24,676 nt of DNA, from the IMG/VR virus record IMGVR_UViG_3300032277_000073, positions 1 through 24,676 of that record; one strand, written 5' to 3'. Below are positions 16,170-24,676 of the stretch, piece by piece. The notes beneath the pieces were generated by a model. It did no database searches. It was not told where the DNA came from and was given only the letters and a program-made list of their open reading frames with translations. Positions within the stretch are counted from its first letter, which is position 1. The number at the start of each line of letters is the position of its first letter. The position numbers and the translations under genes were made by a program. The DNA comes from a virus (lineage: Duplodnaviria > Caudoviricetes).

Positions 16170-18110
16170 CTATGCTATTGCTAAAAATACGTAATTAGCG
16201 TTGTTTACATTTAGTGTGCTTGTTACTGCTGCATCCGTAGTTACTGTAAATCCACTAGACAACGGATCAATATAGTCTGTGTTAACTTGTGCTGCTGTGT
16301 CGTTTAATAACAGATAAGGATCATCTCCAGAAACTATTCCCCTAACAGAATCGTAAATAAACCAGTCACCTGCAGCATCAGTACGTCTAATAATAATTAA
16401 CCTAGCTCCATTTGAAAAACCACAATCTACATCTACAGTAGTTCCTGTACCTGTACCTGTGTAGCTTCCAACTTTACTTACCCCTGCTAGTGTAGCGAAG
16501 AGGTAGGCTACATACTCTTCTCCATTATTATTAGTATTCCATAGTTCTGGAGATAGCGTAATTATAGAGTCTGTAGGTGCTGTGTTATTTAATAGACTAC
16601 CTGTTCCTATTCCTGCTGTTGAATGAAAACCCAAAAGGTAATAACCTAAACCTAGAGTAGACCAATATGAAATCCATCCAGTACCTGTGCCAGCTGTGTT
16701 TTTAAACATAATAAGTTCTGGAACAACCGTCAAATTATGCGCTTGAGTAGCACCTCCTGTGCCATTACCAGTATAACAAATTGTATCCATAAATTTAGGG
16801 GCGCGTTTGAATGACCAACTAATAATTCCAGAAGCAGCCCCGTACCAATTAGTATATAAATCTACTACTGTACTAGCGTCACCATTGTTAAACATTAATG
16901 TACCAGACGAACTAGCTGCTACACCAGTGGCTGTAGTGGCTAAATAAACCCCATTTCCTCGTAATCTATCTAGTACATATTTAGTACTACCAGTAGTCTT
17001 CCCATTAATATTTAAATCAACAGGAAAACCAGTAACAAACTGACCTACACTAAGATTAGTAACGCCACTAGTTGCATTAGCAATAAAAACCTCTGTCCCT
17101 GCTTCGGGAACTTTCATCGGTCTACGGATAGCCATGTAGATCCATGTTTCATTTGCGTTCATGCCTGTTATATTAAAACCTGTAGAGCTAATTGACATAA
17201 AACTTGTAGAACTTTCTGCATTATTTGCATTAGCCCTTAAATAATTAGCACCGTTCGTAACACCAGATGCAGGAAGGCCTCTCATAACATCAAAAATATA
17301 CCAAGTACCGCCTGTACTGCTTGCTTTAGCTAAAACCCATTGCGGTTCAAATCCAAGATTAATCGTTGCATTTCCAGAGCCGTCATGCGTATAACTACCC
17401 ATCTTACATATCTGTTCGTCACCGCCTTCACCAAAAACAGCGTCATCTCCGAATACATAAGCTACATATGTTTTGCCCGATCCATTAACTCTAAATTGAT
17501 TACCAAGAGAAAAGACTGAAGATGTTGCTGTTGTGGAGTTCCAATACTCAGCACCTGAGTTTCCTGCCTGACTGGTTGTGTTTAAATTAAGATTTTGTTG
17601 ATTGGTTAAACTAGCGTGATAAACCACCCAATCATAAGCATCACTTGTGCTTTTAACAATAATCATTTTTGGTACAGAACCAAGATTGTGAGCAATAGTT
17701 CTAGCTGTATCATTTCCTGTATAGGTAACTACGTCAAAACAACCTTTTGCTTTCCTCCATGACCAAGAGGCCCATGTAGTCCCTGTTCCGTTTAAGGTTG
17801 CACCTGCTAGATTCCACCCTGCTGTACCTGCTGACGGAAAAGAAAGATACGAAGAATAGTCTGAACCTGCTGCGGTGTCGTTACTAACTAGTGATTTTTG
17901 TGGGCCATTTACAGTATCAAAAAGGACATGACTATCTACCGCACCTCTATTTTTTACCCAAACTAAACCGCCCTCATCCGAAAGTGAAATGCCATTAGCT
18001 ATTGTTCTAGCTCCGTTGCTACCTGCATACAAATAATTAGAGAACACATCTTCCACAAACAGATTGTCATCACCTGCTGTTGCTGTCAGTAATTTTTTAG
18101 TGCTTGGCAT
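16170..18110 (-). CDS. Putative tail adhesin/receptor-binding protein with six internal repeats (DUF7483-like, 646 aa)
   Basis: Recurring units: GGLVWVKNR..HVLFDTVNG; PKMIIVKS..WVVYH; GFEPQWVLAK..WYIFDVMRG; GFPVDLNI..YVLDRLRG; PELIMFKN..WISYW; ARLIIIRR..WFIYDSVRG, often preceded by YTGNG/YTG. Located between fibre and chaperone. DUF assignment is from memory. Confidence 0.7.
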   Translation of the reverse strand: MPSTKKLLTATAGDDNLFVEDVFSNYLYAGSNGARTIANGISLSDEGGLVWVKNRGAVDSHVLFDTVNGPQKSLVSNDTAAGSDYSSYLSFPSAGTAGWNLAGATLNGTGTTWASWSWRKAKGCFDVVTYTGNDTARTIAHNLGSVPKMIIVKSTSDAYDWVVYHASLTNQQNLNLNTTSQAGNSGAEYWNSTTATSSVFSLGNQFRVNGSGKTYVAYVFGDDAVFGEGGDEQICKMGSYTHDGSGNATINLGFEPQWVLAKASSTGGTWYIFDVMRGLPASGVTNGANYLRANANNAESSTSFMSISSTGFNITGMNANETWIYMAIRRPMKVPEAGTEVFIANATSGVTNLSVGQFVTGFPVDLNINGKTTGSTKYVLDRLRGNGVYLATTATGVAASSSGTLMFNNGDASTVVDLYTNWYGAASGIISWSFKRAPKFMDTICYTGNGTGGATQAHNLTVVPELIMFKNTAGTGTGWISYWSTLGLGYYLLGFHSTAGIGTGSLLNNTAPTDSIITLSPELWNTNNNGEEYVAYLFATLAGVSKVGSYTGTGTGTTVDVDCGFSNGARLIIIRRTDAAGDWFIYDSVRGIVSGDDPYLLLNDTAAQVNTDYIDPLSSGFTVTTDAAVTSTLNVNNANYVFLAIA

Positions 18111-18121
18111 CTAAATATCCT

Positions 18122-20767
18122 TTACCCTAAAGCGAGTCCTGCAACAAAGCCGTACCACGTAGTACCACCATCACACGTAATAAATACTAAAACGTCAGTG
18201 CCAGATGTCGTAAGTGTAGGAGCAGTTGCAGCAGGCCAATCAACTGATGTAGGCCACGTTTGTGTTGCGCTACCACCGTTGACTAATTTAATGCTAAAGC
18301 TACAAAGTTCATCACTAGCGGTTGGATTAGAGAAAGTCCAAGTAGTCGCGCCAGTAGTTGTGGCTGTTACGCTGTTGCCTAGTGTGAGGTCAATAGTCTT
18401 AGCACCTGTCGCATTACCAATAGCGTTAGTAATCTCACCGTAGTCTTTCAAGTTAACTCGACTAACTGTTTGATCTGCACCTGCTAGTTCTGCTGAAAGT
18501 GTTAGTCCTGCTAATGTAGGATTACTTGTTGCTGCTTTAGCATTAAGCTGTGTTTGAATGTTTGAAGTTACACCATCAGTATAGTTAATCTCTGCTGCAG
18601 TGCTTGTAAGTCCTAAATTAGTTAAAGCTGTAGAAGCTGAAGCTAAATCAGAAAGGTTATTTGAAACATGTGCATATTTAGCATCAGTTTGTACTTGTGT
18701 ATAAACATTACTTACACTAATAACATTATAAGCTAATACTTCTACATGATCATTAACAGCAGCCCCAGATGCTAAAACAATAGAAGTTCCATTAGTAGCT
18801 GTAAAATCTGTAGCTAATACTAATTTAATACCGTTTAAAAATACATCTGCAAAGCCTACAGTATAACTAACACTAAAAGTTGTTTGCCCTGCAGTAGCTG
18901 TAAAAGAAGTACGTGAATAAGCTGAACTACCTACAGTGGCCCAAGAAGCTGCTGTGCCATTTGTAGTTAAAAATTTTCCTGAATTACCAGATTGACTAGG
19001 AAGAGAATCTACATCTCCAAAAGAAATTGTTCCTGACGCATTAGTAATAAGAGCTTGCCCACTAGTGCCGTCTGAAGTAGGAAGTGTAAAAGCCGTTGTA
19101 AAAGCTTGTAGATTCGTATCAAAAGCTAATACATTTGTACCAATAACTAAACCTAAACTAGTTCGGGCTGCTGCTGCAGTAGTTGCTCCTGTGCCTCCAT
19201 TAGCAACAGGTAGTGTGCCTGTAACGCCTGAAGTCAAACTTATATTGGTTACGGTATTGTTGCTTCCGTTGATTGTTTTGTTTGTAAGAGTATCAGTAGT
19301 TGCCTTGCCTACTAAAGTGTCTGTAGACGGAGGTAAGGTTAATACTACATTACCAGAATACGTTGAGTGAGCAGATGATTGTAGTTGTGTATAATGAGCA
19401 TTACTTGTCTCACAATAAAATTTAACATTAGATACTGAACCTGAATTTTTTAATACAATTTCTCCAGACTGAATATCTACATTACCATCTATTCTAACAA
19501 CTCCAGTTCCATTAGGGGTTAAAGTAATATTACCATTAGATGTAGAAACTACATCATTTCCATTTACATCTAAATCACCGCCTAGCTGTGGTGTAGTATC
19601 TTCAACTATATTTGAAAGGGCTGATGATGCAGCTAATCCTGCAACTAATGTACTTCTAGAAATTCTTTTTAAACCACCACCAGAAGTATCTACTGCAAGT
19701 AATACATCATCACTAGCTACAGTAGAAATTTCTGATAGATCTCCAACTGCTGTAGATGCAAACCCTGTTCCGTTAGCGACTAGCAAATTACCAGAAGTAT
19801 TTGTAGCTGTTTGAAAAGTAGTACCCTTTACTTCCCCAGAAGATCCATAAATAACTGCTTTACTATTTACAACTGTTCCTGCAGTAGAGCCGTCTACTAA
19901 GTTTAATTCAGTTGCAGTAGATGTAACTCCATCAAGGATGTTAAGTTCTGCAGTAGTACTTGTAACACCATCAAGAATATTAAGTTCTGCAGTAGTACTT
20001 GTTACACCATCTAAAATATTTAATTCAGCTGTAGTCGCTGTTACGCCATCAAGAAGATTAAGTTCTGTAGCTGTAGCTGTTACACCATCAAGTATATTAA
20101 GTTCTGCAGCTGTAGAAGTAACGCCATCTAAAATATTTAATTCGGCTGCTGTTGCACTAATTGCTGTACCATTAAAATTTATAGCATCTAAATAAGCTAT
20201 ACCATCTACATATAAATCTTTCCATTCTTGAGAAGAAGAACCTAAGTCATAACTATTATCTGTATTAGGAATAATACTGCTGTTTACATCTGCTCCAAAA
20301 ACAACATTATCAGTTGCAGCATCTCCAAGAGTTAATGTTCCACCGTTTAAAGTTGTAGTTCCTGTAACTGTAAGATTGCCACCTATGCCTACATTACCTG
20401 TTGTTGTAATACTATCTATGTAAGCATCTTTAAAATATTTACTACTCGTTCCTAAATCTAAATCGCTATCAACATGAGGGACCAATGCGCCATCTTGTAA
20501 AACCATTTGTTTTGCTGTTGCACTAGAAACTTCAACATAAAACTCCCAAGTATTACCAGTAGTAAGAATTTTATTTAAAAAATCTTGATCACCAATAGTA
20601 TGTATATTACCGCCTTCTCCTGCTGATCCATCATGTCTATGACCAGTTGTACCGCTGTTTGCATACGAAAAAGCAGTTAGTAATTGATTATATTCATTGT
20701 TAAATAACGCAGCAGTAACCGTATCTCCATCTGAAAAACTGCTTTGTCTAGTATAACTTGTAGCCAT
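18122..20767 (-). CDS. Long tail fibre protein (881 aa)
   Basis: Directly follows the nozzle gene. N-terminal anchor-like YTRQSSFSDGD...GHRHDG, Thr/Gly/Ser-rich, 13-aa repeats, DTTPQLGGDLD and GTLPVANGGTG fibre motifs, FTATAGQTTF module, C-terminal DGGTTWYG domain. Confidence 0.9.
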   Translation of the reverse strand: MATSYTRQSSFSDGDTVTAALFNNEYNQLLTAFSYANSGTTGHRHDGSAGEGGNIHTIGDQDFLNKILTTGNTWEFYVEVSSATAKQMVLQDGALVPHVDSDLDLGTSSKYFKDAYIDSITTTGNVGIGGNLTVTGTTTLNGGTLTLGDAATDNVVFGADVNSSIIPNTDNSYDLGSSSQEWKDLYVDGIAYLDAINFNGTAISATAAELNILDGVTSTAAELNILDGVTATATELNLLDGVTATTAELNILDGVTSTTAELNILDGVTSTTAELNILDGVTSTATELNLVDGSTAGTVVNSKAVIYGSSGEVKGTTFQTATNTSGNLLVANGTGFASTAVGDLSEISTVASDDVLLAVDTSGGGLKRISRSTLVAGLAASSALSNIVEDTTPQLGGDLDVNGNDVVSTSNGNITLTPNGTGVVRIDGNVDIQSGEIVLKNSGSVSNVKFYCETSNAHYTQLQSSAHSTYSGNVVLTLPPSTDTLVGKATTDTLTNKTINGSNNTVTNISLTSGVTGTLPVANGGTGATTAAAARTSLGLVIGTNVLAFDTNLQAFTTAFTLPTSDGTSGQALITNASGTISFGDVDSLPSQSGNSGKFLTTNGTAASWATVGSSAYSRTSFTATAGQTTFSVSYTVGFADVFLNGIKLVLATDFTATNGTSIVLASGAAVNDHVEVLAYNVISVSNVYTQVQTDAKYAHVSNNLSDLASASTALTNLGLTSTAAEINYTDGVTSNIQTQLNAKAATSNPTLAGLTLSAELAGADQTVSRVNLKDYGEITNAIGNATGAKTIDLTLGNSVTATTTGATTWTFSNPTASDELCSFSIKLVNGGSATQTWPTSVDWPAATAPTLTTSGTDVLVFITCDGGTTWYGFVAGLALG
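19884..20156. repeat. Seven-copy 39-bp (13-aa) degenerate tandem repeat in the long fibre
   Basis: Protein reads TAAELNILDGVTS/TAAELNILDGVTA/TATELNLLDGVTA/TTAELNILDGVTS x3/TATELNLVDGS. Synonymous divergence at the DNA level. Boundaries approximate. Confidence 0.9.
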
Positions 20768-20769
20768 TA

Positions 20770-22368
20770 TTATCTCCTACCAGAAGGTCTATAATCTATA
20801 TAGAATCCATTTATTGAGTATGGCGCGTTTGTATCTTCACTAAATAATTTTAAAGCTACATTATGTCCACTTCCTTGTACAGCTTGTCTAACCATTGGAT
20901 CAGTTGATCCTCCAAATATACCTGTGCCAAATACTGCTGTTCCAAAAACTGTAGGTAACGGTACATTGTCTAAAGAATATGCTGAAGGTTGAGGTTTAGT
21001 ATTATCATCAAAATCATAAGAAACTTTTAAGTTAGGCTGTATTGAACCTTCAGGTGTTAAAGACATTTTTACATAATGCATTGTCTTTAATGTTCCTGCA
21101 TCACCAAAATCTAAATTAGGTGTTTTGTATCTAGCTTTAATACTTGTTTGAGTTCCTGCAGGATTAAAATCATTTCCTGTATTATGATTATAAACATAAC
21201 CATCTTTATCGCCATGATATATTTTTTCTACACTATCACTATTAAGACCTGATGTAAAACCGTGTGCTTGTATTCCTTCTGTTTCTGACCATTCAAAACC
21301 CTGTGGTGTTATAGTACCTATGATTCCTTTAGAAGAAGAAGTAGCTGCTACAGAAGAACTATAAAATAATCTATATTGAGACTTACTTCTTAATACTGCG
21401 CTAGTTATTATAAAACTATTTATAGAACTTGCAATGTTAGATATTACAGATTGAATTTGTCTAGAAACAGAACTCAACTCTACGTCACCAATACGCGCTG
21501 TACCTGCAACCAAACGTAAACCGTCTGGGCTTAAAAATAAAAGATCGCCTCCAATTTCTTGAATGCTATGTCCATCTAAACATCCTACGTTTTTAGTTAT
21601 AGGTACAACAGCAATAGAAGCTGCATCATTAATGTTTACTAATTTATAAATACTATTTTTACAAAATATAATCAAGTCACCACGGAAACTTTTTAATCCA
21701 ACTACTTGATCATCTAATAAAATACTTCCTGCACCACTACCTGAAAAACTATTTATATCACTTGTACTACTATAATATATTGTATTAAGAGCAGTACTTG
21801 CCCCTGCGACTACTAAGTGTTTATCATGTATTGTACAAAACTTTGGATATACTGAACCATCTACAGTAACTTCTTCATAAAAAAAAGTTCTAGTAGTTAA
21901 TTCTCCTGTGCCTGTCATTTTAAATATTGCAGGTTTACAAGCAGAACCTTTATCAGTAATAGCTACTTCACCATATAAACTATTACCTTCAAATAAAGAA
22001 AAAGTAACTTGACCTTGTGTTGTTCTAGCTAATGTACTGCGACCTGTAAATGTAGTGTGGTTATCTCCTGCACTATCTACACTGGCTTTATTTATTTGTA
22101 GCCAAGTAGAGCCATCTAAACTAAAATAAAGATTAGTTCCTGATGCTGCTATTACTCCATCTGCATATACAAAAAGACCTAATATACCATTAGAGCTATC
22201 AGGATTAGTATCGCCAAATTGAGTATAGCCATTTATTCTTCTATAGCCACCGTCAGGGTCAACTTCAAAATTTAAAAGTTCAGTAGCAAAACCCGGCTGC
22301 TGAAGCATTTGAAATTGATTTAAATTAGTATTTAATCCACCTTGACAAGATAATCCAAATGCTTGCAT
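20770..22368 (-). CDS. Tail nozzle / tail tubular protein B-like (532 aa)
   Basis: N-terminal GGLN motif, beta-propeller-like composition, GCLDGHSIQEIGGDLLFLSPDGLR motif. Sits between adaptor and fibre as in podovirus tails. Confidence 0.8.
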   Translation of the reverse strand: MQAFGLSCQGGLNTNLNQFQMLQQPGFATELLNFEVDPDGGYRRINGYTQFGDTNPDSSNGILGLFVYADGVIAASGTNLYFSLDGSTWLQINKASVDSAGDNHTTFTGRSTLARTTQGQVTFSLFEGNSLYGEVAITDKGSACKPAIFKMTGTGELTTRTFFYEEVTVDGSVYPKFCTIHDKHLVVAGASTALNTIYYSSTSDINSFSGSGAGSILLDDQVVGLKSFRGDLIIFCKNSIYKLVNINDAASIAVVPITKNVGCLDGHSIQEIGGDLLFLSPDGLRLVAGTARIGDVELSSVSRQIQSVISNIASSINSFIITSAVLRSKSQYRLFYSSSVAATSSSKGIIGTITPQGFEWSETEGIQAHGFTSGLNSDSVEKIYHGDKDGYVYNHNTGNDFNPAGTQTSIKARYKTPNLDFGDAGTLKTMHYVKMSLTPEGSIQPNLKVSYDFDDNTKPQPSAYSLDNVPLPTVFGTAVFGTGIFGGSTDPMVRQAVQGSGHNVALKLFSEDTNAPYSINGFYIDYRPSGRR

Positions 22369-22370
22369 AG

Positions 22371-23141
22371 TTAATCAAACCTTACTCTATCATCAGACAT
22401 GTATATAGGAGCAGTACCTATTAAATTTTCTCTCATGCTTCTTAACCCTTTCTTAAAATCTTCCAAAGCAAAAGCTGCCATTTGAGGGTTATCTTTAAAT
22501 TGATGTGTATAGTATCTAGCTTTAGATAATATTACTGTTTTATATACATCAGGAAAAACTATAGTATCGTCATGTGCATCTAGTTCTGTTGGTAAATCAT
22601 AAGCAAAAAACCAGACTTTATAAACTTGATCAGGTATTGGGCTTAACCCAAACTTTCTTGCATCAGGACTTCTAATAACAAAGCGAGGTTCACCGCCTAC
22701 TGCCTGATCAGCATCATCTGCATTTTCAGATGTACGTCTAAAATCTTTCCATTGTTCTATTGTAATAAATCTTAAATTCTTAGAAACATAAGGAGCTACT
22801 TCACCACTTACTCCTACTGTTGTTAAATAAAAATTATCCCAATCAATAGACCCATAATCATCTTTAACAGATGAACTAGCAGCTTTTAATTCGTACCATC
22901 TAGTTCCTGCTATAGTATCTACAGAAACATTACCATACATAGGATCAGTAGCTCCACTTTCACCTGTAGCTAAAAAGGGCCATTGAGGTTCTTCATTAGC
23001 TATATCTAAGTATGCTCTGTTAATACAATCTTTAGCATGTTGTTGTATTCCTACAGCATTAGAAAAAGTTGCTGAAGTTAAGACTACTTCATTCAACTCT
23101 CTTAATAATTCATTTGATAATTGTAAAAATGTAGTAGCCAT
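22371..23141 (-). CDS. Head-tail adaptor / tail tubular protein A-like (256 aa)
   Basis: MATTFLQLSNELLRELNE start, INRAYLDI...WPF and PIPDQVY motifs. Position downstream of the capsid gene. Confidence 0.8.
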   Translation of the reverse strand: MATTFLQLSNELLRELNEVVLTSATFSNAVGIQQHAKDCINRAYLDIANEEPQWPFLATGESGATDPMYGNVSVDTIAGTRWYELKAASSSVKDDYGSIDWDNFYLTTVGVSGEVAPYVSKNLRFITIEQWKDFRRTSENADDADQAVGGEPRFVIRSPDARKFGLSPIPDQVYKVWFFAYDLPTELDAHDDTIVFPDVYKTVILSKARYYTHQFKDNPQMAAFALEDFKKGLRSMRENLIGTAPIYMSDDRVRFD

Positions 23142-23143
23142 AA

Positions 23144-23314
23144 TTATTTCACAAGTTGTTTGCTGTTTACTTTACTATTAGTTTTATTAAAAATACGATC
23201 ATAGTTATCGTTATATTTTTCTTTATTTTCATTCTTTAAATAAACACCACCAACTTTTACTTTTCCTTTCGGATTAAATCTAACAGGAGTTTGTTCAGTT
23301 CCTATTTGTGGCAT
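23144..23314 (-). CDS. Small hypothetical protein (56 aa)
   Basis: Below the track cutoff. Reads MPQIGTEQTPVRFNPKGKVKVGGVYLKNENKEKYNDNYDRIFNKTNSKVNSKQLVK*. AAAGGAAG RBS. Stop lies 2 nt before the adaptor ATG. Confidence 0.75.
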   Translation of the reverse strand: MPQIGTEQTPVRFNPKGKVKVGGVYLKNENKEKYNDNYDRIFNKTNSKVNSKQLVK

Positions 23315-23329
23315 ACTTTAACTTCCTTT

Positions 23330-23359
23330 AAAAATTAAAGGGGGCATATTTCAGCCCCC
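23330..23359 (-). terminator. Intrinsic (Rho-independent) terminator after the major capsid gene
   Basis: Minus strand reads GGGGGC-TGAAATAT-GCCCCC-TTTAATTTTT: 6-bp all-GC stem, 8-nt loop, interrupted T-tract, 7 nt after the capsid stop. Confidence 0.85.
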
Positions 23360-23366
23360 AATAATA

Positions 23367-24356
23367 TTAGTCGATACCGTAGAATGCAGATACCAATGCT
23401 TCGCCACGTAGTACTTTAGATCCATAAACATGGAGTCCACGCACTATATCGCCAAAGCTATCAGGATCACGAATTACTTCAGTATTTGTGATGGTCTGTG
23501 CTGTTGCAACCGCTGACATGTGACCAGCAATACACTTACCAGCTGCGTTTGAAGTAGCAGCAATATTGTTAGTCTTATACATATCAAAGCCACGTAACTT
23601 ACCAGATGATACTAGTCCATTACGAATTGAGCCTTGACCTGCATTGTAGTCAACAGACAGAAGCTTAGAAGAACTTTGAACAAGTACTTCATAAAACTCT
23701 GGATTTGCTAAGAACCAACGACCTTCTTCAGGAACATTTTGCTCATCAAGTAGACGCGCCATGTGTGAAAGAACATCAATTGGGTCATGCTCACCAGAAG
23801 CAAAACCTATGTCAAGATTACCAGTACCATCAAAAGTTCCTGCTGCAATGTCAGTTGCGTTGTCAGCACCTAAGATGTGATTAGGTGAAGCTGCAGATAC
23901 TCCTGCAAACATTGACGCAATAACACCCTCATCGAAGGCATCCTTTAACGAGTAAGCTGCTGAAGATGCAGCAACGTCACGGAAATTAACGTGAGACATA
24001 TTGGTTTCAATATCGTCTACGATAAATTTAAATGCGTTAGCTGTATCTACGACCAAAGTTAGTTCTTGGTCAGTGAGCTTAGTTGCAGTTACGTCTGCAC
24101 CCCTTTCATACTGATACACAGTAATTTCAGGTTCTTTGATAATCTTTACAGAATCACCAAAAGCTGCAATCTCACCTGCGTAATCTGTATTAGTAATTGC
24201 TTCTGCAACAGATGACTTCCTAAAGAAATTTAGGACGGTCTTAGAATAGACCGAAGGTAAGAAAAACGAATTGGTTTGACCTGACACAGAGTTACCAAAG
24301 TTACCATTGGTGTCTGTGCTTTGTTCAAAAAATTGATCAGATTGGTTATAAGCCAT
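23367..24356 (-). CDS. Major capsid protein (HK97-fold, P22 coat-like; 329 aa)
   Basis: FLPSVYSKTVLNFFRKSSVAEAITNTDYAGEI..GDSVKIIKEP and RDPDSFGDIVRGLHVYG motifs, strong GAGGA RBS, followed by a terminator and preceded by a scaffold-like gene. Confidence 0.92.
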   Translation of the reverse strand: MAYNQSDQFFEQSTDTNGNFGNSVSGQTNSFFLPSVYSKTVLNFFRKSSVAEAITNTDYAGEIAAFGDSVKIIKEPEITVYQYERGADVTATKLTDQELTLVVDTANAFKFIVDDIETNMSHVNFRDVAASSAAYSLKDAFDEGVIASMFAGVSAASPNHILGADNATDIAAGTFDGTGNLDIGFASGEHDPIDVLSHMARLLDEQNVPEEGRWFLANPEFYEVLVQSSSKLLSVDYNAGQGSIRNGLVSSGKLRGFDMYKTNNIAATSNAAGKCIAGHMSAVATAQTITNTEVIRDPDSFGDIVRGLHVYGSKVLRGEALVSAFYGID

Positions 24357-24376
24357 TGTAATATCCTCTTAAAAAC

Positions 24377-24676
24377 TTATTTAGCTATTCTGCCTTCTGA
24401 TAAAGCCAATTTAATTTCATCTTCATAGCGATCAAATTGATCAATAGACATACTAGCAATTTCTTTTTCTGTCCAAATCTTAGGAGCTTTGGAATCTACT
24501 GCTGTGGTTTTTGTTGATACCATGTCAGCAGCAGACCTTTGCTCTTTAGCTTTAGACTGCCTCTTTTGTGGTGGCTGAACTATTCCCTTTTCCATTTTGT
24601 AAAGGTCTATAGCGCGACTAGCTAGAGTTCCATCACTGTTGTTAGCATAGATCCATTGTTGTATTGCTTCTGGTTG
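24377..24676 (-). CDS. Capsid scaffolding protein (C-terminal fragment; starts beyond the right edge)
   Basis: Frame is open to the window edge (QPEAIQQWIYANNSDGTLASRAIDLYKMEK...), so the 72-aa track ORF is an internal start. C-terminal WTEKEIASMSIDQFDRYEDEIKLALSEGRI is a scaffold-type tail directly upstream of the capsid gene. Confidence 0.75.
   Translation of the reverse strand, partial: QPEAIQQWIYANNSDGTLASRAIDLYKMEKGIVQPPQKRQSKAKEQRSAADMVSTKTTAVDSKAPKIWTEKEIASMSIDQFDRYEDEIKLALSEGRIAK

Noticed and set aside
5281-16172. Stop-codon reassignment (TAG ends at 5281, 12386, 15664, 16170)
   Set aside because: Each TAG falls at a natural protein end next to a new RBS and start, and coding density is already complete under the standard code.
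148-20195. All plus-strand ORFs in the track (e.g. 4814-5152, 15086-15658, 18198-18443, 19065-19370, 19938-20195)
   Set aside because: They lie antisense to well-supported minus-strand genes and mostly mirror their codon pattern (shadow ORFs), with no independent motifs.
14965-20767. Diversity-generating retroelement or invertase shufflon acting on the fibres
   Set aside because: No reverse transcriptase or recombinase in the window, no adenine-specific TR/VR pair noticed, and the shared repeats are direct rather than inverted.
24377-24595. 72-aa ORF as a complete gene
   Set aside because: The frame stays open upstream to the window edge, so it is the C-terminal part of a longer scaffold-like protein.

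Overview
A tightly packed, AT-rich virion-structural module of a tailed dsDNA phage with podovirus-type architecture. From memory, the capsid and tail proteins resemble marine alphaproteobacterial podoviruses (SIO1/cobavirus- or HMO-2011-like); this was not verified by search. All real genes lie on the minus strand. In transcription order: scaffold (partial), major capsid protein, intrinsic terminator, small ORF, head-tail adaptor, tail nozzle, long tail fibre, six-repeat adhesin-like protein, fibre-assembly chaperone, a second short fibre, then a translationally coupled accessory cassette (78-aa ORF, four different 2OG-Fe(II) dioxygenases, a glycine-rich polyglycine-II-type protein, two small unknown ORFs, a degenerate fibre chaperone and a sulfotransferase-like protein), small basic and holin-like genes, and five putative internal/ejection proteins, the last running off the left edge. 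The most notable element is that cassette (about 9.6-15.65 kb). It looks like a second receptor-binding module packaged with its own candidate protein-modifying enzymes (hydroxylation plus sulfation), i.e. a possible phage-encoded post-translational tailoring system for a tail adhesin. It parallels an enzyme-free first module, and the two fibres share codon-aligned direct repeats. No tRNA, rRNA, CRISPR array, integrase, endolysin or reverse transcriptase was seen. All functional calls rest on motif recognition and gene order.
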